Shown: positions 61,610-64,000 of the stretch, piece by piece
Layout of the letters: each line of letters opens with the position of its first letter
Position numbering within the stretch: position 1 is the first letter of the stretch
Assembly: GCF_000142905.1 (NCBI RefSeq)
Contig: NW_013657677.1
Span: 1-64,000, forward strand
Source: Thecamonas trahens ATCC 50062
Lineage: Eukaryota > Protista > Apusomonadida
Length of the DNA stretch: 64,000 nucleotides
Reading direction: 5' to 3'
Program-made: the position numbers and the translations under genes
The notes under the pieces: generated by a model
Database searches by the model: none
The model's input: the letters and a program-made list of their open reading frames with translations, nothing else
Told to the model about the DNA's origin: nothing

Positions 61610-64000
61610 TCATGCCCCGCTGCTGCTCCGCTCCTCGGTAAAGATCTGCAGCGGCCGCTCCTTGGGCCGTGGCCGGTCGACAGTCACAGTGATGAGCCCG
61701 CTTGCGCCGCCAGACGTCCGCCCTCGCGCCCCGCGCTTCCGCCGCGAGCCCGTCGCCGGTCCTGCTGCCGGACCGGCCCCGTCACCGAACGCGACCCGCG
61801 CGTCGCGCACAAGCACCAATGCCCCGTCGGTCACGTTGAGCGGCGGTCCAGAGAGCGTGGCAGACTCCTTGAGCCCCGCCACACGCCGCCACTTGAGTCG
61901 CCGCACGGCAGTCGGCTCAAGCTTGGAAAACGCCGGCGCCACCGCAACCGCGAGCTCGGCGTCGAGCCCGAGCCGCGCCGCCAGCTCGTGCACAACCTCC
62001 ACCGCCTTGGCTGCTCGCTTGAACACAACCTCGCTCCGCGAGCTAGCAATCAGCACGCCAGCGGCTGTCTCCGCCGCCGCGTCCACCGCTTGCACAAAGA
62101 ACACAACGTGCGCAGGCGTGAGCTCTTCCGGCGCCGCAATCGGCTGGACGACAAGCACCATGCCGTCCTTGACCCGCGCCTGGACTCGGAGCGACCGCTT
62201 GCGGAAGAGCACCTTACCGACCCTTTTCGGCCCGGCGAGCGTCCGCAATCGGAGGTGCTTCAGTCGAAACTTGTTCGTCGCATTCGGCGCCGCCGCGAGC
62301 GTCTTCTCTGTCGGCGGATAGTGCTCGTCGATGACCGCTTTGATCGCGGTCTGGATGTCGGCTACAGGCTGGCTGGCGTTGACAACCGCATGCCTCAGCG
62401 GCCAGAGTGCGCGACCCGACGGGTGCAGCGGATCATACAGCACAAGCCGAACCTTGTACTCCCCGACTGCCAGCGGCGTGCCGAGTCGGACAAAGACCGG
62501 CGCCCCATCAAACAAGTGCGCAGCCTCGAGCGAGAGCGTTTCGTCCTTCAGCTGCTCGTCCGTCGGCGACCGCGCAATCGTAAAACCCGACGCTTCCACC
62601 CCGAGCGCCATCGCCATCTTCGCCTTGAGCTCACCGACCGTCCGGTGCTTGGAAAGCGAGACCGACCGCGTGTACGCCACCGGCCCCGAGACCTTTGCAT
62701 CCTCGGCCACGGGCTCGTTGTACTCGAGCACAATCGACGTCACCTTCGCCTCATACACAGTGCCAAATAGACTGCTCGTTGCTGGCTCGACATACACCAC
62801 AGAGCCCGGCCGGATGCCGAGCTCCACCAGCGGTACGCCCGGATGCGCCGCTGCCCGAACATGGACTGCATGCAACGTCGCGCCGTCGACCGTGTACCAC
62901 GCCAACGCGCCGCACGCCTCCAGGCTCGGCACCGCACTTTGCACCGCCGCCGCAGCTTCGTCAAAGTCCATCGTTGGCTTGAGCCACACCCGCGGCATGC
63001 CATCAACTACCGGCATCCGCGCCTGCGCCACAAGCTCGGCCACGTTGTCATGCGTCACGGCAAGTGCCACTACAAGAAAGGCGTCCGGGTCAAACGTCGC
63101 AAACTTCTCGCCGGCCGCCCGCGTCTCAAGCACCACCGTCGCCCGGTGCCCGAGCCCGAGACTCTCCAGCCGCGCCTCCGGCTCGGTGTCCAGCGGCGCG
63201 CCGGCCATGGTCGCTCCCGACGCAAACCGCGTGTAGGCTCGCAGCCGCGCGTCGTCGTCAGCTGGCCGCCCGCCGTCGGCCCCGGCATGCAGCGCATCCA
63301 GCGCCGCAGCCTTGAGCGCCGCCACCGGCTCGCCCTGATCCAGCGCCACTTCTACCGTCTGCGAGCCGGAAACAACCGTGAAACGCATGGTTCGGACCTC
63401 GCGGAGGTGGTTCGCAACCTCTTCGCGCCACGCTGCATCTTCGGCAGCAACCAGGGCGCGGAGCTCGCTTGGTACAGCCGGGACCGGCCCGCTGGCACCC
63501 TGCTTGGCATACAGCAGTAGGTACGCTGAGCCCGAACGAGTGCTGGCGTCCGAGCCATACGCCACTTCCAGCGCTGTCTCGAGGTCGTCGATGGCCCGGA
63601 CAGACGCGTCGTTGAACTCGTGCCAGACGCCAGTCGCCGGGCATTTGACAAACGCAAAGTAGTGGCCAGAGTGCGCCGAGCCCGAGTGAAGAAGCACCGC
63701 ATATGCATCATAGAGCATCGGGGCCTCGCCACTATCGGCCATGTACGGCGCCATGTCGAGCACCAGCGGAAAGGTGAGCTTCTGGTTGAGCTTGACCCGC
63801 CGGTTCGCCTGCCAGTCGTACACAAATCGCTTGAGCTGGAATGAGAGGACCGGCGGAAGATCGCCAAAGGTGAGGCCCTTGTCGGCATCGACCTTGGTCT
63901 CACACCCCGAGCACGCGTACTGGTTGTCGCCGGTCAGCCGCTCCGGCGCCACAAACGCCGCCAGCGCCTGCTCCAGCGACCCGATCGTCGCGTCCATGTA
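61610..64000 (-). CDS. Ubiquitin-specific protease (peptidase C19, USP47/USP40-like) with probable C-terminal ubiquitin-like domains; 5' end lies outside the window
   Basis: ERLTGDNQYACSGC...DADKGL...LPPVLSFQLKRF, His box LLHSGSAHSGHYFAFVK, WHEFNDASV and SAYLLLY. The Cys box is not in the window. Confidence 0.92.
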   Translation of the reverse strand, partial: YMDATIGSLEQALAAFVAPERLTGDNQYACSGCETKVDADKGLTFGDLPPVLSFQLKRFVYDWQANRRVKLNQKLTFPLVLDMAPYMADSGEAPMLYDAYAVLLHSGSAHSGHYFAFVKCPATGVWHEFNDASVRAIDDLETALEVAYGSDASTRSGSAYLLLYAKQGASGPVPAVPSELRALVAAEDAAWREEVANHLREVRTMRFTVVSGSQTVEVALDQGEPVAALKAAALDALHAGADGGRPADDDARLRAYTRFASGATMAGAPLDTEPEARLESLGLGHRATVVLETRAAGEKFATFDPDAFLVVALAVTHDNVAELVAQARMPVVDGMPRVWLKPTMDFDEAAAAVQSAVPSLEACGALAWYTVDGATLHAVHVRAAAHPGVPLVELGIRPGSVVYVEPATSSLFGTVYEAKVTSIVLEYNEPVAEDAKVSGPVAYTRSVSLSKHRTVGELKAKMAMALGVEASGFTIARSPTDEQLKDETLSLEAAHLFDGAPVFVRLGTPLAVGEYKVRLVLYDPLHPSGRALWPLRHAVVNASQPVADIQTAIKAVIDEHYPPTEKTLAAAPNATNKFRLKHLRLRTLAGPKRVGKVLFRKRSLRVQARVKDGMVLVVQPIAAPEELTPAHVVFFVQAVDAAAETAAGVLIASSRSEVVFKRAAKAVEVVHELAARLGLDAELAVAVAPAFSKLEPTAVRRLKWRRVAGLKESATLSGPPLNVTDGALVLVRDARVAFGDGAGPAAGPATGSRRKRGARGRTSGGASGLITVTVDRPRPKERPLQIFTEERSSSGA

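Noticed and set aside
1-64000. tRNA, rRNA, transposon or viral genes
   Set aside because: None recognised by eye. A covariance-model search was not possible.

Overview
High-GC eukaryotic DNA (spliceosomal GT-AG introns, LSM14, a ubiquitin-specific protease, compact intergenic spacers). The style suggests a unicellular protist, possibly apusomonad-like, but that is inference only. About 79% of the window (912-51616, +) is one apparently intronless giant gene that the ORF track splits into pieces. The pieces join at 16 points, each a single missing base in a short homopolymer. Restoring them gives 50,721 nt = 16,906 aa + stop, a type I membrane protein of roughly 1.7 MDa. Its N-terminal head has a signal peptide, DUF4114-like domain, EGF repeats, two PA14 domains, integrin-beta-like Cys repeats and a PSI domain. 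About 146 cadherin-like/Ig ('tandem-95') domains follow, arranged as about 48 three-domain super-repeats. Inserted into these are three fibro-slime domains, a recurring 4-Cys mini-module, silaffin-like K/S tracts and a Trp/Arg-rich loop. It ends in a TM helix and a 61-aa tail resembling integrin-beta tails; the TM and tail are absent from the ORF track. Downstream lie a coiled-coil gene (+, 1 intron), a PPP phosphatase (-), a universal stress protein (-), LSM14/Scd6 (-, 1 intron), a Pro-rich/coiled-coil protein with a possible talin/vinculin-like bundle (+, 1 intron, 1 frameshift) and a 5'-truncated ubiquitin-specific protease (-). All counts were made by hand and domain names come from motif recognition, not database searches.
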